DNA from: Malacoraja senta
Taxonomy: Eukaryota
NCBI GenBank assembly: GCA_038087875.1
Contig: CM075987.1
Location: forward strand, 22,384,001-22,448,000
Length of the DNA: 64,000 nt
Reading direction: 5' to 3'
Part shown: piece by piece, positions 62,641-64,000 of the stretch
How positions within the stretch are numbered: position 1 is the first letter of the stretch
How the letters are laid out: every line of letters begins with the position of its first letter
Program-made: the position numbers and the translations under genes
Notes under the pieces: model-generated
What the model saw: only the letters and a program-made list of their open reading frames with translations
Databases searched by the model: none
Told to the model about the DNA's origin: nothing

Positions 62641-64000
62641 CCAAAAACTCAAGCACTGCATGAGTGGTTCCATCGCAGGTTAGAAAACAAGACAGAGTTC
62701 TCTCCAAAATGTCCCATCAAACGATCCAAGGATGTATATGGTGCCATCTAAAATTGTCCATCTCAATCATATTCCATTCTTAGCTTGAAATGTATCGTAA
62801 TTCTTCATCATTGCTGGGCCAAAATACGAGAACATCCAGGACACCTAAAGGCACCATGGAGGTACTCTTCATGACAAAGACTACAGGTCTGTACAGGTGG
62901 CTCACTAGCACCTTCTCCAGGGTACTTGGGGAAGGGCAACAGTAAATGTTTATGATTCTTAAAAGTAACATGTTACATGTAATTCTATGCCCACGTCATG
63001 TTCCACTCAAAACCCTTTCCATCTCTTACATCTAACTCGCTCAGCAGAATTCTCCCTCATTTGCTTACTTATCCTCACCTTAAATACATCTGCTCTATTC
63101 ATTACCAACCCTCTTTCGTAACAAGTTCCATATATTCACCATTTCCTGCAGCATCGCCTGGATTGTTTGGTCAAGTTTCTACAGTAGGACTTGAACCCCA
63201 GAACTGTAATCAGGTTTTAACCTTTACTCTACCTGTTCTGGTTTAATAGTTGGAATCATTCATGGTTTGTGGACATTGCTGGCAAGACCACCATTGCCCA
63301 TCCTTAATTGTCCTTCAGACAGTGGAGGTGAGCTGCCTCCTGAACCAGGAGTGCATTACGCTGCTAGAAATGTGGTCTTTCAAAGGATGTGTGTAGATTG
63401 CCTACACTTACAATTGGATATAAATGATCCTGTGGCACTGGTTTGAAAGTTCTGGTCAATAGTTATCTTCTAATCAACATGGTCATAATCTCACTGTTGC
63501 ATTCAAAAACCTGCCGCATTGAAAACTGACCTCCATTTCATCACATCAGGGAGACCATCTTAAAGATTCTTATCTGTCAGAAGTGCTTGGGGGTGCGCTG
63601 AAAGGGATGCAAAGGGGCTATATAAATGCAAGCCATTTGCTGGCGAACTCGAAAAGTCTGGTTCCAAATACTTCCATATTCAAACACACAAGGAATTGCA
63701 GATGCTGGAATGTTGCATAGAACACAAAGTGCTGAAGTAACTCAGCACATCACTGGAGGATGAGATAGGCGGCGTTTTGGGTCGGGACCCTTCGTCAGAC
63801 CACAAATGCAGTATTTGTTTGGGCAAGTCTTTGGTAGATTGTCGAGAGGTGGTGAATCATAGAATCCTATAGCATGGTAAGTCCATTCAATCATTTGGGT
63901 GTGTGTGTACCAGCTATTTGAAAGGGCTTTCCAATTAATCTCGACAATATTTACAATTCATTTTTGAAAACTAGAGTGGAATCCACTTCTGTGTTGGTGC

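Noticed and set aside
63612..63632. TATATAAA as a TATA box
   Set aside because: Context GGCTATATAAATGCAAG matches an L2/DeuSINE-type 3' tail.

Overview
Eukaryotic, repeat-dense, mostly non-coding DNA. The repeat families (HE1/V-SINE-type tRNA SINEs with (AAACT)n tails, CR1, L2, Rex1/Babar and Penelope retroelements, DeuSINE-like relics) point to a cartilaginous fish, probably a skate or ray (inference). I cannot support any intact host protein-coding gene; all long ORFs are retroelement fragments or low-complexity artefacts. The only recognisable host-gene sequence is a ~130-codon copper amine oxidase (AOC2/AOC3-like) fragment with an in-frame stop at 57.2-57.6 kb. Notable structure: (i) a 200-N gap whose left flank (1-1135) is an apparently identical inverted copy of 29014-30148; (ii) about 20 intact or decayed copies of a minimal hammerhead-ribozyme-like motif (CTGAAGA-A-GGGTCTCGACCC-GAAA-CGTC) in Penelope 3' ends and short derivatives, often as fold-backs; (iii) two non-autonomous Helitrons with shared ends but different internal tandem arrays; (iv) several MITEs, including a 32-bp element with an 8-bp TSD and a three-level nested insertion; (v) an exon-like segment encoding a candidate 49-aa single-pass membrane micropeptide; (vi) CpG-rich candidate promoters near 9-10.6 kb and 56.4 kb. 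All calls are by eye, and repeat boundaries are approximate unless TSDs or termini are quoted.
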